Shown here piece by piece: positions 1 to 12,487 of a stretch of DNA of 64,000 bases; the first letter of the stretch is position 1; each line of letters opens with the position of its first letter. Origin of the DNA: Pecten maximus (taxonomy: Eukaryota); the NCBI RefSeq assembly GCF_902652985.1, contig NC_047025.1:7750001-7814000 (forward strand). The letters run 5' to 3'. The notes below the pieces were generated by a model. That model searched no databases, was not told where the DNA came from, and saw only the letters and a program-made list of their open reading frames with translations. The translations under genes were made by a program, and so were the position numbers.

Positions 1-259
1 AAACATATCACTCAATTAGGGTTTTTGTGTTAATGCCTGTAAAATATTAACTTGGTGATTTCCCGGCTGGTCATCACGAACGACAGGTACACTTAGAGGT
101 GATGACTCGGGTGTCATCAAAGATCTCTGTGATGACTATAGATAGTATTGAAGCTACTAGTCTACATCATTCCTGTGTAAATATCTGTATATAGAAGTAG
201 ATTTTATTCCACAAATTGGTATAAATGTTGTATAAGAGCTAGATTTTGGTAATCTTGCT

Positions 260-680
260 GAACATTTCTGGAGAGGTAGATTTTATTTCAAAAGCCTGTA
301 TCATATATCTGGAGAGGTAGATTACATTTTACAATTCAGTATAATATTTCCAGAGCGACCGCAATTCCAAAATCACCGGTCGTTCGTCACATTAGACAGG
401 TAGTCGCTATACAGAGGGTCGTTATATATATATATAGTAAAATTTCATGGGGAATCTTAAAATCGGTCGTTATAGACAGGCAGTCGTTATATACAGGCGG
501 TCGTTAGAGCAGGTTTGACTGTATATCATTTCTGGAGAGGTAGATTTCATTTTCACAATTAATCCTGTATATCATTTCTGGAGAGGTAGATTTTATTTTC
601 ACAGTTAATTCTGTATAATATTTCTGGAGAGGTAGATTTTTTTTCACGGTTAATCCTATATAACATTTCTGGAGAGAAAA
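260..680. repeat. Degenerate ~45-bp minisatellite (catttctggagaggtagattttattttcaca...), interrupted by a MITE fragment
   Basis: Core ctggagag at 268, 309, 532, 578, 624 and 669. Confidence 0.75.
351..521. mobile_element. Right end of a Tc1/mariner (pogo/Tigger-like) MITE, left end missing
   Basis: Ends ...gagcaggtttgactg|TA (reverse complement TA|CAGTCAAACCTG). Subterminal repeats gtcgttatagacagg / gtcgctatacagagg. CpG-rich relative to the flanks. Confidence 0.7.
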
Positions 681-1869
681 ATTTAACTGATAGTCCTACA
701 AACCACTGATAGGGAGATATAGATTTTCCACACATAGAATTCTGAAGAGGCATACTTTATTTCACAACCATATGTATGTGGACTGATAGCTGATGGCAAT
801 TAACATGGCTTCTGTCTGTTTGTGGATTAAAAATACAATACCACACAAGTTCGAGAAAACTCTTGAAAGCCCAAATCTAGCTAATCATATATTTTCTATA
901 TATGACAACTTGTTACTGTAACAATGCATGGCTGTGTTTACACAGACTCAAAATTCTAAACAACTTACTGGTTTATTCATACCGTGTAGCTATGAATGCA
1001 TCATAATTATCCTTCAATAAGCCGAAGGAGTCTAAAGCAGCATGTAATCTCAGACACAACATGGTTTGCGGCCTTATCACAGGACAATAAAATTCTGAAT
1101 TGTCTGCATATCTACTGGAACTACCATGGATACGAGTGGGCTTATTACCAGGCCTAGGCTTATTGTGGAATATAGAGGAATGATGTACCTTTCATATATA
1201 ATTATCAGACTCTGCACTCTTAAATATGCCGTCCCCCACAGGTTGGCTTGCCTGGGTGACCACCAGGGATTTCTTTCCTACTTTAATGGGGAATGCAGAA
1301 TGTGGGAAGATTATGAAGCTGCAGTGTGAACCTGCTGTAGCAGTTGGCTGTTACTATTCAAGACTTCTGGCTCCTGATCTTCCTCAATAGTCTCCAGGCT
1401 TCCCCAGGGGCTCAGCTGAGCCAGTATCAGGATTATATTTTGGAAGATTATGGGTTTCCAGTATGTTCACATAATTACAAGCAACATGGTTGTATAATTG
1501 TAGTCTTGGGTCTGTTGAATTTTACATGCTAAACTTTAATTTAGACCTGACAAAAAATATGAGAAGTTTCCTTTTATAACTTACAGGAATGTATATATTT
1601 TTGGAATACACTGTCTACCCAAATACATATATTAATATACATAAATGTTAACACATTCTGATGTTTGTGTTTACTCAATTATCTACTAATGATGCAGTAA
1701 CCATATATCAGATGTTTTTGTGTGTATCTTAAATACATGTAATTATCTCAAATTAAGAAACTCCATTAAAATGTCCAATTTGAATTAAAATTTCCCTGTC
1801 AAGGTTAACCTAGCTTTGTCTATAGACAAGTTCCATACGCTTTATGGCATGAGAACATCTGAAGCTTGA

Positions 1870-2261
1870 TTTTATGCCCTCTGCATAAAATTGAGCGGGC
1901 ATATAGTGTTGCCTTAATAATATCGGTCCACTCCCAATATGCATTCGTGTCCTCATATCCTGTCATTTGTCCTGCGTGTCACATATACCTTCCCAAATTC
2001 AATGTTGACATTAACCAATTTCATTCTTTGACCGATTCTGGTCAAATTTTATACAAAGGTATGAGTATAATTTGAACATCTCCGTGTTATAGAGTTTCAA
2101 GGTCAAGGCCAAGGTCATGCACACTTGCTATATATAGAAAATCATCATCTGATTCAATTTAAACATACCACAGCTTCATTCTTTCATGGAGTTTGGTAAA
2201 TATTTATGCAAAGATCACATGACAATGAGGGCATTTATATCTTAAAGACATCTTCTAGGTT
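1870..2261 (+). mobile_element. HINE / non-autonomous Helentron-like element
   Basis: 5' end ttttatgccc...gggcatatag (subTIR plus inverted repeat), internal caaggtcaaggccaaggtca, 3' end gggcatttatatcttaaagacatcttctaggtt. The termini match those of the copy at 12488-12654. Confidence 0.6.
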
Positions 2262-2408
2262 ATATAAACATCTCTAATGATTGATAATTATACTGTATTT
2301 AACTAAATTTCACATTCATTTGTAATGCTTATAAAAGTAGGCAATGTTGATTCTGAAGTATCTGATCCTAAATCAACGAAGGAGACAAAAAATGTTGTGG
2401 GATTCTTC

Positions 2409-2555
2409 CTGTATATGTACAATATATCTCTTATATGCTCTGTGTATGTACAATATATCTCTTATACGTCCTGTGTATGTACAATATATCTCTTATACGC
2501 TCTGTGTATGTACAATATATCTCTTATACGTCCTGTGTATATACAATATATCTCT
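2409..2555. repeat. 31-32-bp minisatellite, ~4.5 copies (ctgtgtatgtacaatatatctcttatacg)
   Basis: Direct tandem units; explains ORFs 2325-2663 and 2344-2577. Confidence 0.9.
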
Positions 2556-3241
2556 CATTTTGATAATGATCCAATAAAACGTTCTCTCTCGATCAGCTCC
2601 CTTGCATACCCAAGAGACTTGTTTGACAGATTTTATGACTGGAACGTACATGTTATATATTAGTACCTGGTATATGCTTTTTAGCATTAGAGTTTGATCT
2701 CTTTTATTAGCTATTGGTAACAATGGCGAACACCCAAAGGCATCAGATGGAGAGAGAGTAAATGCCTCTGTACAGCATATCCATTTTTCTATATCAACTT
2801 TCTGTAATTTTAATTATTTAGCCAGAAGCATGCTGTGCTGAAGGTCTATTATACAATGTTCATTTGATCAAGTTTCAGACTAGGTCACAATTAAACAACT
2901 TCTTTTAAATAGCCAAATGGTAGTGGTACCATAGAGACATTTCTACAGTAGCTGGAATGGAACCAGTGGTTGGAATGGAAAGCTTTCAAATTCAAATCAA
3001 TGACCTTCTTTCAAGGTCAGATGTGTTCAAATGTTTTCAAACAACTTTGTTTGAATAACCTTGAGTACTGGGGTCATTTATAAGTATTTGGTGATTACCA
3101 TGCTATAGTATGAAGGACTATCTGAATGCTGTTACAATGACCTTGGAGTGCGAAGGTCACTGAATTAAGAGTGGTCATATATATTCCAAAATGTTTATAA
3201 TGTCTTCTTGAGAAAAGGGGCAATATCTGGCAAGTAACACT

Positions 3242-3343
3242 GCTGGGATGAATGGTTTTAAAACTTGCTATTTAAGCTGGGATGAATGGTTTTAAAACTT
3301 GTTATTTAAGCTGGGATGAATGGTTTTAAAACTTGCTATTTAA
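3242..3343. repeat. 34-bp tandem repeat x3 (gctgggatgaatggttttaaaacttgctatttaa)
   Basis: Units start at 3242, 3276 and 3310. Confidence 0.92.
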
Positions 3344-3919
3344 ATGAATTTTTCTAAGATCACAATCGATATTAAAGAGCAAAATAAGTTTTTTAACAAA
3401 AATTCAAATATGGCATGATGTAATAAAAACTTCTGACAAAGAACCAAAATATGTTGACTGGGCCATTGTAAATTTGACCTTGTATGGCAATATTCAACGT
3501 TTACAGAAATGAAATTTCTTATCACAAGTGTACATTGATTAAACTTTTTTTGGGAGAATAGAAATATTCATAGTTGCACGTTTTTTATTTTGTATCTATC
3601 TGACAATTATTCCATAGCTGGTATATAAGGAGCCTGCATGCATGTCAATTTCAGTTCCAGAAAAATGCAGACAGATCCCATTTTGATAGTCATGCCATCT
3701 AAGCCCATCCACCTTAACTATGATAATAGTGTAAAAGTTTTTGAGTTGGCAGCTTGGACTTAACAGGAAGGATACAGTACAAAAAAATATAGCACAATGA
3801 CATTCAGATTGTGAAATAAAAAAAAAAAACATGAATTAAATAAAACAAGGTGGGCTTTTTCATCAAAATTGTTGAAACAAAAGTTTGGAATCTAAACTAT
3901 AAAGTCCCTGCAAGAGGCT

Positions 3920-4300
3920 TTTTGTGTTATTTCTGTAAAAAGGCATCGTCTACAGGTGTGATAATTGATCTTGTTTCCTTGGGCTGATAAAATTCAATCT
4001 TTATGCAGATCTTTCTTACCAAAAGGTGTTTGCATGGGTTTGTTTTTCAGGTCAAGTTGAAGGTCAAGGTCACTATTACTAACATATAAAACTTATTTCT
4101 TTGTGATAACTCCAGTTCCTTTGAGCCCCTCAAACTTCATGTAGATTTTCCTTACAACAAGTGCTAGCTTGCATAGGATTGTTTTTCTACGGGTCCAAAG
4201 GTTAAAGGTCAAGGTCACTGTTACTGTAAATAGAAAATCTATTTCCATGCAATAACTCCAGTTCTCTTGGGCGGATCAAGCTCAATAAACTTCTTGAGGT
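3920..4300 (+). mobile_element. Degenerate HINE-like remnant
   Basis: Two diverged units, each with aaggtcaaggtcact(a/g)ttact and gataactccagttc-like motifs typical of HINE internal repeats. A related start recurs at ~4850-4950. Confidence 0.45.
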
Positions 4301-6854
4301 GCTCATTTGCCAAAACTTCCTACTCTGCATTTCTGAATTCCATGCATATTTAAGTGATGCTGGTCTAGCTTACTTTTAACATCATTTCTTGAAGCGAAAA
4401 ATGTTTCTCTTTCTGCGTAATCACCAAACTTGCTGCACAGTCCACGTATCCGTGTCCATGGAATTTTTGTTATTATCTGCGACTCAAAGTAGGGGTGGCC
4501 GGGGTTATTGCAGAATAATTGATAAACTTTGTATTTGGCTTTTTTACTGAAATACAATAAATGAATGTCTGGGCTTATAGTAGGACATACACCATAATAA
4601 GAAAATATTGAAGATTAGGCAAGAGTAATGACTTTTAAATAAAACCGAGTAATTTCAACTTAAAATTGATAAAATGGAGGCAAAATGTGAGTGAAGTATA
4701 CTTATGAAGTTCTTCTTAAAGTACAAGGAGAATAATTAAGACTTGGTGCTCTGGAATGGTAAGCGTCTTTTGCTTCATTGACGACACCCATGGTATAAAG
4801 ATTGGTCAGATCCTAGTCACTTTAAACTATAAAGTACCTGCAAGAGCCTTTTTGTGTCACTTGCTAAAAGCAGCCGATATCTAGGTATCACTATGGTGCC
4901 AGCAGCAGCAGAAGTTTCATGCGATAACTCAAGTTCCCTTAGAATTACAATCTCAAATGGAGATGATGATTAAGAAAACAGCCCTCTCACACGTACAAAG
5001 TCCAGTTTTCAGTTTTAATTACAATTGAACCAATTTGTCATAAATTCTATGTTTAATGAAAATTGGTTGTTGAAAGGAATAACACATGTATAGAGAAATA
5101 CTACCAATTCAGTGTGAATTTCACACACATTGTACAATGTATCTCAAATCTTCAGCAATCTCCTAATAGCTGTGGCATCTCAGTGTTAGTGATGATATGT
5201 CACACGGGCGTTTGTTATATTATTCAATTTCTAAATATGTTGGATTTTCATATAATGTGTATTTATTGTAATTACTACAAAACATTTAACCCTGTGTCAC
5301 ACCCATCAGCTTCTGAGTGAGTTTCCGATGAGCTGGGACTATGAAATCTTGGCACATACGGTGCTCTAGAGGGCTCTGCGTAGCCTAACACTAAAATGTA
5401 TCAATATTTCAGCACTAGAGAACTCTGATGTTTGTTTCAACATTAAAATTGTTTTTATTGATCAACATATTGTAGTATTGATGTAAATAGGATGTTTTTT
5501 CCCCCTCCTCTAAAAGCTTAATGGGAAACACTTTACTCCGCGACCCGGTGTACCGACGAAAACCTGTTGCGTTGGAACATTTGCTTCCTGCTGCTTATAA
5601 AAAATGTATGGAATCTCTACCATCACTGTGGGGGATATATATAGAATTTTAAAACGGATGCCTTTGCCAGCGAACCCAGTTTAACTCCTTTGTTGACATT
5701 CCGGAGCTTTGGTTAGACAATAGGAAGATATCATACCTCGAAGTAGCATACATTAGAAACCGTCTGATATCGGCAGTCACGGGGTGCCTGGGAGAGACAG
5801 CGACACCTGCTGATGAGGAGTTTGTATCCAGGCAGATGGTATGGCTAAGAGGGTCTCTCTAGGACCAGGCGGATATGCCTACAGCGATCTGCTATCCATA
5901 GTCGACTCCTTATCTCTCCAATGTGGTGTTTTCATCAGATAAACTACCGTTGCATTTATCTAATACCTTAGATTAGTTATTGGATCAGAGTGAATGTTTT
6001 ATTAGATGATAGAAATATATATTTTTTTTAATTTTATATACATTGCTATAGATTCTGCTGTTTTATACAGATTATAGCCATGCAGGATTGGTTTATATAC
6101 GTATTTTCAATTTGTCTATGAGCAGATGGTTTCATTATAAAATCATGAATTATATTTAGATTTAGTCATGTGACTTTCCACACCAACTTAAAATTTGACA
6201 GAGTTGCACTTTTGACTTTAGCAACAATAAAATTCAATTGACAAAAAAATCAGTAAAATACATTTTAGTTGTAGGATCTTGAAATTAAGAAGAAATTCAA
6301 AATAGATGTAAATTGACTCAAATAAAGATTTGTTTCAGTCAATGCATATGGTTTTTGTTCAAAATTCATTGTTTCTTTAAATAATTCTTCCCTACATTAA
6401 CACCGTACCATCACTATGCTTATTTTACCTAGAGAAAATTAAATTACTGCATCTCAGAAATTTACCTTCAGGGCTGTAAAATTTGGGGATTTATGTATAA
6501 TCATATTATATACATATTACATATTTTATTTGAAAGTGAGTTTTCATGAATCACAAAATATATATTACAATCTTTGATTTTAATCTAGCAATTTGCAGAG
6601 CCCATATCTACTGCAGTCTCTTAGTAAAACTTTATATTAAACGACGTTGCTTATTTCAGAGTAAATACGGTAGATTCTACACAAATATTGCTATCCAAAT
6701 ACCTTGATGAGTGTGTGTTAAATGCTGAGATAGGAACCAGTTAAGCATGTGGCTATATAGAAAGATGTTGTCTTCATCTTCACATACATGTAGGCTGCAA
6801 TGTTCAAGTGTGAAACATTCCAAAGATGTTTACAATGCTATTGTCTAATCATTT

Positions 6855-7595
6855 GTGCTAATTGTCCATGTTAAATGTCTATTTCTCACTGACAAATATC
6901 TGTCAATTGCTAATTGCCCATGATAAATGTCTATTTCGATCTCACTGACAAATATCTGTCAATTGCTAATTGCCCATGCTAAATGTCTATTTCTCACTGA
7001 CAAATATTTGTCAATTGCTAATTGTCCATGCTAAATGTCTATTTCTCACTAACAAATATCTGTCATTGCTTATTGCCCATGCTAAATGTCTATTTCTCAC
7101 TGACAAATATCTGTCAATTGCTAATTGCCCATGCTAAATGTCTATTTCTCACTGACAAATATCTGTCATTACTTATTGTCCATGTTAAATGTCTATTTCT
7201 CACTTACAAATATCTGTCATTACTTATTGTCCATGCTAAATGTCTATTTCTCACTTACAAATATCTGTCATTGCTTATTGCCCATGCTAAATGTCTATTT
7301 CTCACTGACAAATATCTGTCATTACTTATTGTCCATGTTAAATGTCTATTTCTCACTGACAAATATCTGTCATTACTTATTGTCCATGCTAAATGTCTAT
7401 TTCTCACTGACAAATATCTGTCATTACTTATTGTCCATGCTAAATGTCTATTTCTCACTGACAAATATCTGTCATTGCTTATTGCCCATGCTAAATGTCT
7501 ATTTCTCACTGGGAAGATATCCAATTATCATTGCTAATTGTCCATGCTAAATGTCTACTTTTTATTGACAAATATCTGGCATTGCTAATTGTCTG
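6855..7595. repeat. 51-52-bp minisatellite, ~14 copies
   Basis: Unit attg(t/c)ccatgctaaatgtctatttctcactgacaaatatctgtcattactt; explains the repetitive ORFs at 7022-7550. Confidence 0.95.
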
Positions 7596-8019
7596 TACTA
7601 ATTGGCTAAAAGTCTAATTGGCTGTGCAAAATAATTGTGATATAGTGATATCTTGTGTTACTCACCTCAATGTCTGGTGCTAAATGGACAAATTTGGATG
7701 TCCTATGAGTTTCATTGACACAAGTCAAGTTTAGGTGTCACAAGTAATTTTATCACAATGACCTTTATTATTCTGTGTTGACATTTAAATGTCTCACCAT
7801 CCACTAGTGTGTGGGCTTTATACACCATGTAAATGATGTGTTCTGTAGCTAGCCGTATCTAGCTGTTAGGTAACGTATCATACTGAACAAAATAAGTCTT
7901 TCACTTCTGTACTGCAGACAAGTAACCATGATCACTGGTCATTAGTCACCCAAATGACCAGTGGTCACTGGATGGCCAGATGTTGCCTAAATGTGCCCAG
8001 TTTCATGTTTGCCTAATTT

Positions 8020-8985
8020 TCTCCCCTTATGACCAGTTGTCTCTTCTGCTAACTAGTTGTCTCCCCTTTTGACAAGTTGTCTCCCTTTATGACCATTGCC
8101 TTCCTTATTACCAGCTGTCTTCCCATATGATTGCCTCCCTTGTCATCAGTTGTCACCCATCATGGTCGGCTGTCTCTTCTTATCACCAGTTGTCAAATTT
8201 ATAACCAGTTGTCTGCCTAATATTTGACTAGTTGTCTATCGTTTGACCATCTTTATGGCCAGTTGTCTGCCTGGTTGACACTTGTTTGACCAACTTTATG
8301 GCCAGTTGTCTGCCTAGTTGACTACTTGTCTATCGTTTGACCAGCTTTATGGCCAGTTGTCTGCCTATATTTGACTAGTTGTCACATGTTTGACCAGCTT
8401 CATGGTCAGTTGTCTGCCTAGTTGACTAGTTGTCTATCGTTTGACCAGCTTTATGGCCAGTTGTCTGCCTAGTTGACTAGTTGTCACTTGTTCGATCAGC
8501 TTCAAGGCTAGTTGTCTGCCTGGTTGACACTTGTTTGACCAGCTTCATGGCCAGTTGTCTGCCTAGTTGACTAGTTGTCTATCGTTTGACCAACTTTATG
8601 GCCAGTTGTCTGCCTAGTTGACTTGTTGTCACTTGTTTGACCAGCTTTATGGCCAGTTGTCTGCCTAGTTGACTAGTTGTCACTTGTTTAACCAGCTTCA
8701 TGGTCAGTTGTCTGCCTAGTTGACCAGTTGTCACTTGTTTGACCAGCTTCATGGTCAGTTGTATGCCTAGTTGACTAGTTGTCTATCGTTTGACCAGCTT
8801 TATGGCCAGTTGTCTGCCTAGTTGACTAGTTGTCACTTGATTGACCAGCTTTATGGCCAGTTGTCTGCCTAGTTGACTAGTTGGCACTTGTTCGATCAGC
8901 TTTATGGCCAGTTGTCTGCCTGGTTGACACTTGTTTGACCAGCTTCATGGTCAGTTGTCTGCCTTATAACTATATAACCAGTTGT
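8020..8985. repeat. Composite minisatellite, ~51-bp unit built from (c/t)agttgtc sub-repeats
   Basis: Unit gaccagctttatggccagttgtctgcctagttgactagttgtcacttgttt in 8230-8965, with shorter degenerate ~20-bp units in 8020-8230. Confidence 0.9.
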
Positions 8986-10127
8986 CTTTCTTTAGTTAAG
9001 TTGTAACCCTTATGGCATGCAACATTACTGTAAATCAAATGACACTTTAACACCTTGTATCACTAATTATCAATGATTTACAACTCTCATCATCAGATGA
9101 TGTATCCCAATCATGAGATGATGAATATATAACATACTAAATAGAGGAAAGAAGTCTTATTTTGCTATCTCTACAACAGTTACCAGCAATCCATTTTATG
9201 GATGGAAGACTTATCAATTTATCAAAATTCCTATAGCTGCATGTATCATTCACACAGAAACCAGGCACTTTGATAACAGAATATGTGGAACTCTAAACCT
9301 GAGTTATATGAAAAGATAAAATGCCTTCGTTGCAAATTTTTATTTATGCAGAAGAATTCAATCTGTTTATTTGATATCCATCGGACATCTTGATTTCTAC
9401 AAACTGATTTATAATGCTGTTTTGGCTGAATTAGAAGTAACATACCGTTATAAAGATCTCCACATTACAGGGTACACTTCACTTCAACAAAATTGTAATA
9501 TAATTGTTTATGACAGAAACAAAAGTATCGCGCCTGACGACTAGAATTTTATGTGTGTGTTGTACGGTTGTGGGCAGATATTCTATCATCTCTCTTGTCA
9601 AATCAGGCATGTCATTTAAGAACTCAATCTGTCAGTACCAATTAAGTTCCTTGAAGGAGCTCTCCTGTTTCGGAGATAATTAAAGCAGGCACAAACTTTA
9701 ATCAATGCTTTTCTCCAGGGACACCAGAAACTGATGAGGTGTTCACACTGTATCAGAACATTTTGGACAGTGTTTCATCTATCAGTATCTGGTGTCAGTA
9801 CATTTGCACCTAAGGGTGCACCTTAACAATTAAGCCACTTATGAGACAATAACCTGTAAACAGTAAAAAATAAACAATAGTTTCTTGTGCTCCACTTTTC
9901 ATTGTATGTTAATTACGTAACAAGTAACACTTAGGTTAAAGTTCTCAAGTTAAACGATCCTACGAAAGACACTCCTGATTACAAGCATGTTCAAATATGA
10001 ATATTTTAGTTCCCTGTAATTTTAAAGAAACAATACACATAAACTTTAAACTGTACGTGTCTCATTTCCCTGGAGGTCTATCCACTTTCAGGAAAGTCTT
10101 ACAACAACAACACCACCCTCTGCCATA

Positions 10128-10480
10128 TTGTGCCACCCTACGCCACCCTGCTCCACCCTACGTCACCCTGCTCCACCCTACGTCACCCTGCGCCACCCTA
10201 CGCCACCCTGCTCCACCCTGCCCCACCCTGCTCCACCCTGCTCCACCCTGCGCCACCCTACGCCACCCTGCGCCACCCTGCGCCACCCTGCGCCACCTGC
10301 GCCACCCTGCGCCACCCTACGCCACCCTGCACCACCCTGCGCCACCCTGCGCCACCCTGCACCACCCTGCACCACCCTGCGTCACCCTGCACCACCCTGC
10401 ACCACCCTGCGTCACCCTGCGTCACCCTGCCCCACCCTGCACCACCCTGCCCCACCCTGCCCCACCCTACGCCACCCTAT
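10128..10480. repeat. GC-rich 10-bp tandem repeat (cgccaccctg), ~35 copies
   Basis: Direct tandem units; explains the Pro/His/Ala-rich ORFs at 9997-10526. Confidence 0.95.
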
Positions 10481-10644
10481 GCAACTCTATATAAAGGATG
10501 ACAGACTTCGCCCTTTTTACCTCTGATGAGTTACGCCTTAGTAACGTAACTGGTCAGGTATCATACTAAGTGGACAATATGGTTCCCTACACAACACGGA
10601 CACACGTTAGTGGCTTTTTCCCAGTCATTTTGTATTTATGAATA

Positions 10645-11058
10645 TTTTAGTCAACCGAGGTAAATTCATCTCGGGTTGATTAACTGTTGTGGTCACATTC
10701 GGTCCAGAGAAGTGCTAGATCCAGAGTCAACATTTTACTTTTTCAGCTTCTCAAGAACGTCAGGACATAGGGTCAAAGAATACTTGGAAGATGGTCTCCA
10801 CAGTTTGTTCAATTGAATGACCTTGACAAATGTGATAAAACCTTTAAAGGACTTTTCAATAACCAAGAGGCTCAGAGTCATGATATAGAGGCATGCCTGG
10901 ATAATAGACTTAATTTTTTTTTTAGAATTGCATGTCCTTGATGTTCCGTTAAGGTTACAGGGGTCAAATGTGTTAAATTCTCAATTAAAAGCAAAATATC
11001 AGTTATCAGTATGTATTTCAGAATACAGGTGACTGTTAAGGCCCATGGGCCTCTTGTT
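10645..11058 (+). mobile_element. HINE / non-autonomous Helentron-like element
   Basis: 5' ttttagtcaaccgag...ctcgggttgattaa hairpin. 3' caggtgactgttaaggcccatgggcctcttgtt (subTIR, ggcccatgggcc palindrome, TT). Confidence 0.7.
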
Positions 11059-11419
11059 AGTAATAGATCAGATATAAGTAAAATAATAAATATAAAAGTG
11101 CAGCTGTTTCTTCCTTTACTGACTCAGTGTCTGAGTGATGCTGAAGGTAAAAATTGTAGAAATCGAGAAAGGTATTCAGGAAAATTAAAAATAATCATAA
11201 AATAGTTGTTTAAAGACAGAAAGGGAGATTCATAATTTTGAAGACCATCATTTAAACAGTGTTGTAATCTTTGAATATTGGAAAATTTAAAAAAGGTTAT
11301 GAAATTTTAAACAATAAAATGTTGGAATTTAATGTGATTTTTTTTATGTCCATATGCATTTTTAACTCACAATCAACCATTTAAAGTAAAAAATACTTTG
11401 TATGATTTTTTTTTTCTAC

Positions 11420-11965
11420 AAGTAACTTATTATCTCCCTTTCTAAAGCAAATTACTGCCCTTTTCATTGTAAATTAACACCGTATATGATGTTCATGACT
11501 TTCCTTTTTAATGCTAATTACCTCACTTTTTTAAGCTAATTATCACCCTTTGTGCTGCTTATTACCTCCCTTTTTATGTTCATTATCTCCCTTTGTGATG
11601 TTAGCTACCTCCCTTTATGATGTATATTACTTCCCTTCATGCTTATTACCTCCCTTTGTGATGCTTATTACCTCCCTTTTCATGCTAATTACCACGTTTT
11701 GTGATGATAAAAACCTTCCTTTTTTTAAAGGCTCACTACCTCCCTTTATAATGCTTGTTACCATCTTTTTATGATGATTATTACCTCCCTTTGTGATAAT
11801 TACCCCCTTTTGTGATGCTTATTACCTCCCTTTGTAATGCTTTTTCCCACTCTTTGTGACGCTTATTACCACCATTTGTGATGCTTATTTCCTCCCTTTA
11901 TGATGCTAATTACCATCCTGGTTTTGATGCTTATTACCTTTTTGATGCTAATGATCTCCCTTTTT
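11420..11965. repeat. Degenerate ~22-bp pyrimidine-rich tandem repeat (gcttattacctccctttgtgat) abutting the exon acceptor
   Basis: More than 20 diverged units, ending ~15 nt before the AG at 11979-11980. Confidence 0.85.
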
Positions 11966-11980
11966 CATGTGTTTTGACAG

Positions 11981-12113
11981 CCTCTTGCTAAAATCATTGG
12001 CGTTGCGGTGGACACTACGGACAATGTGCTGTTCTGGTCAGACATTAGCGCTGATCATCGCGGCTTGTACACAGCAGATCTTGAGGGACAGGATGCCCGT
12101 CTGCTCATTGCAG
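11981..12113 (+). CDS. Internal exon of an LDL-receptor-related protein (LRP-type, YWTD/LDL-receptor class B beta-propeller)
   Basis: Acceptor tttttcatgtgttttgacAG ends at 11980 and donor GTttgt starts at 12114. The 133 nt translate as PLAKIIGVAVDTTDNVLFWSDISADHRGLYTADLEGQDARLLIA(D), a YWTD-type repeat (VAVD..LFWSD..ADLEG). Its phase-1 end joins the next exon in frame (G+AT=Asp). Confidence 0.93.
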
Positions 12114-12487
12114 GTTTGTATTAGAGTGTTGTTAACATAAGTTAGAGAAAACAATTGTCAGCTAATATAACCAAGATTGTCAGGCATGTCGTCTGCTAAT
12201 ATTATTAACTTTTAAAAGTTTGCAAGACTGACTGTCAATCTGCTGACCAAAATTTTAATAGTAACAGAGAACTTTACCTTCCTGACCTTCAACTCTAATG
12301 AAAACATAAACCACTCATTGGTCAGAGGTGGAAAATGTAACCTTCAATTGTTGATCAGAAATTTGTTAAAGAAATTTGATATATTAAATTGTCATTAAAT
12401 GGTATACTGTGTAATGCGTATAATTTGCATGAAGTTCGGATCAAATATGAAACATGTATGTTGTGTAGTAAAATTGAAAAATCGTGA

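Noticed and set aside
1126-1532. Two adjacent short ORFs in slightly GC-richer sequence
   Set aside because: No recognisable domain or convincing splice pair, and not LRP-like.
4303-4557. 84-aa minus-strand ORF
   Set aside because: No recognisable motif, and it lies among repeat remnants.
9997-10526. Pro/His-rich extensin-like ORFs
   Set aside because: Translation of the 10-bp tandem repeat in all frames.
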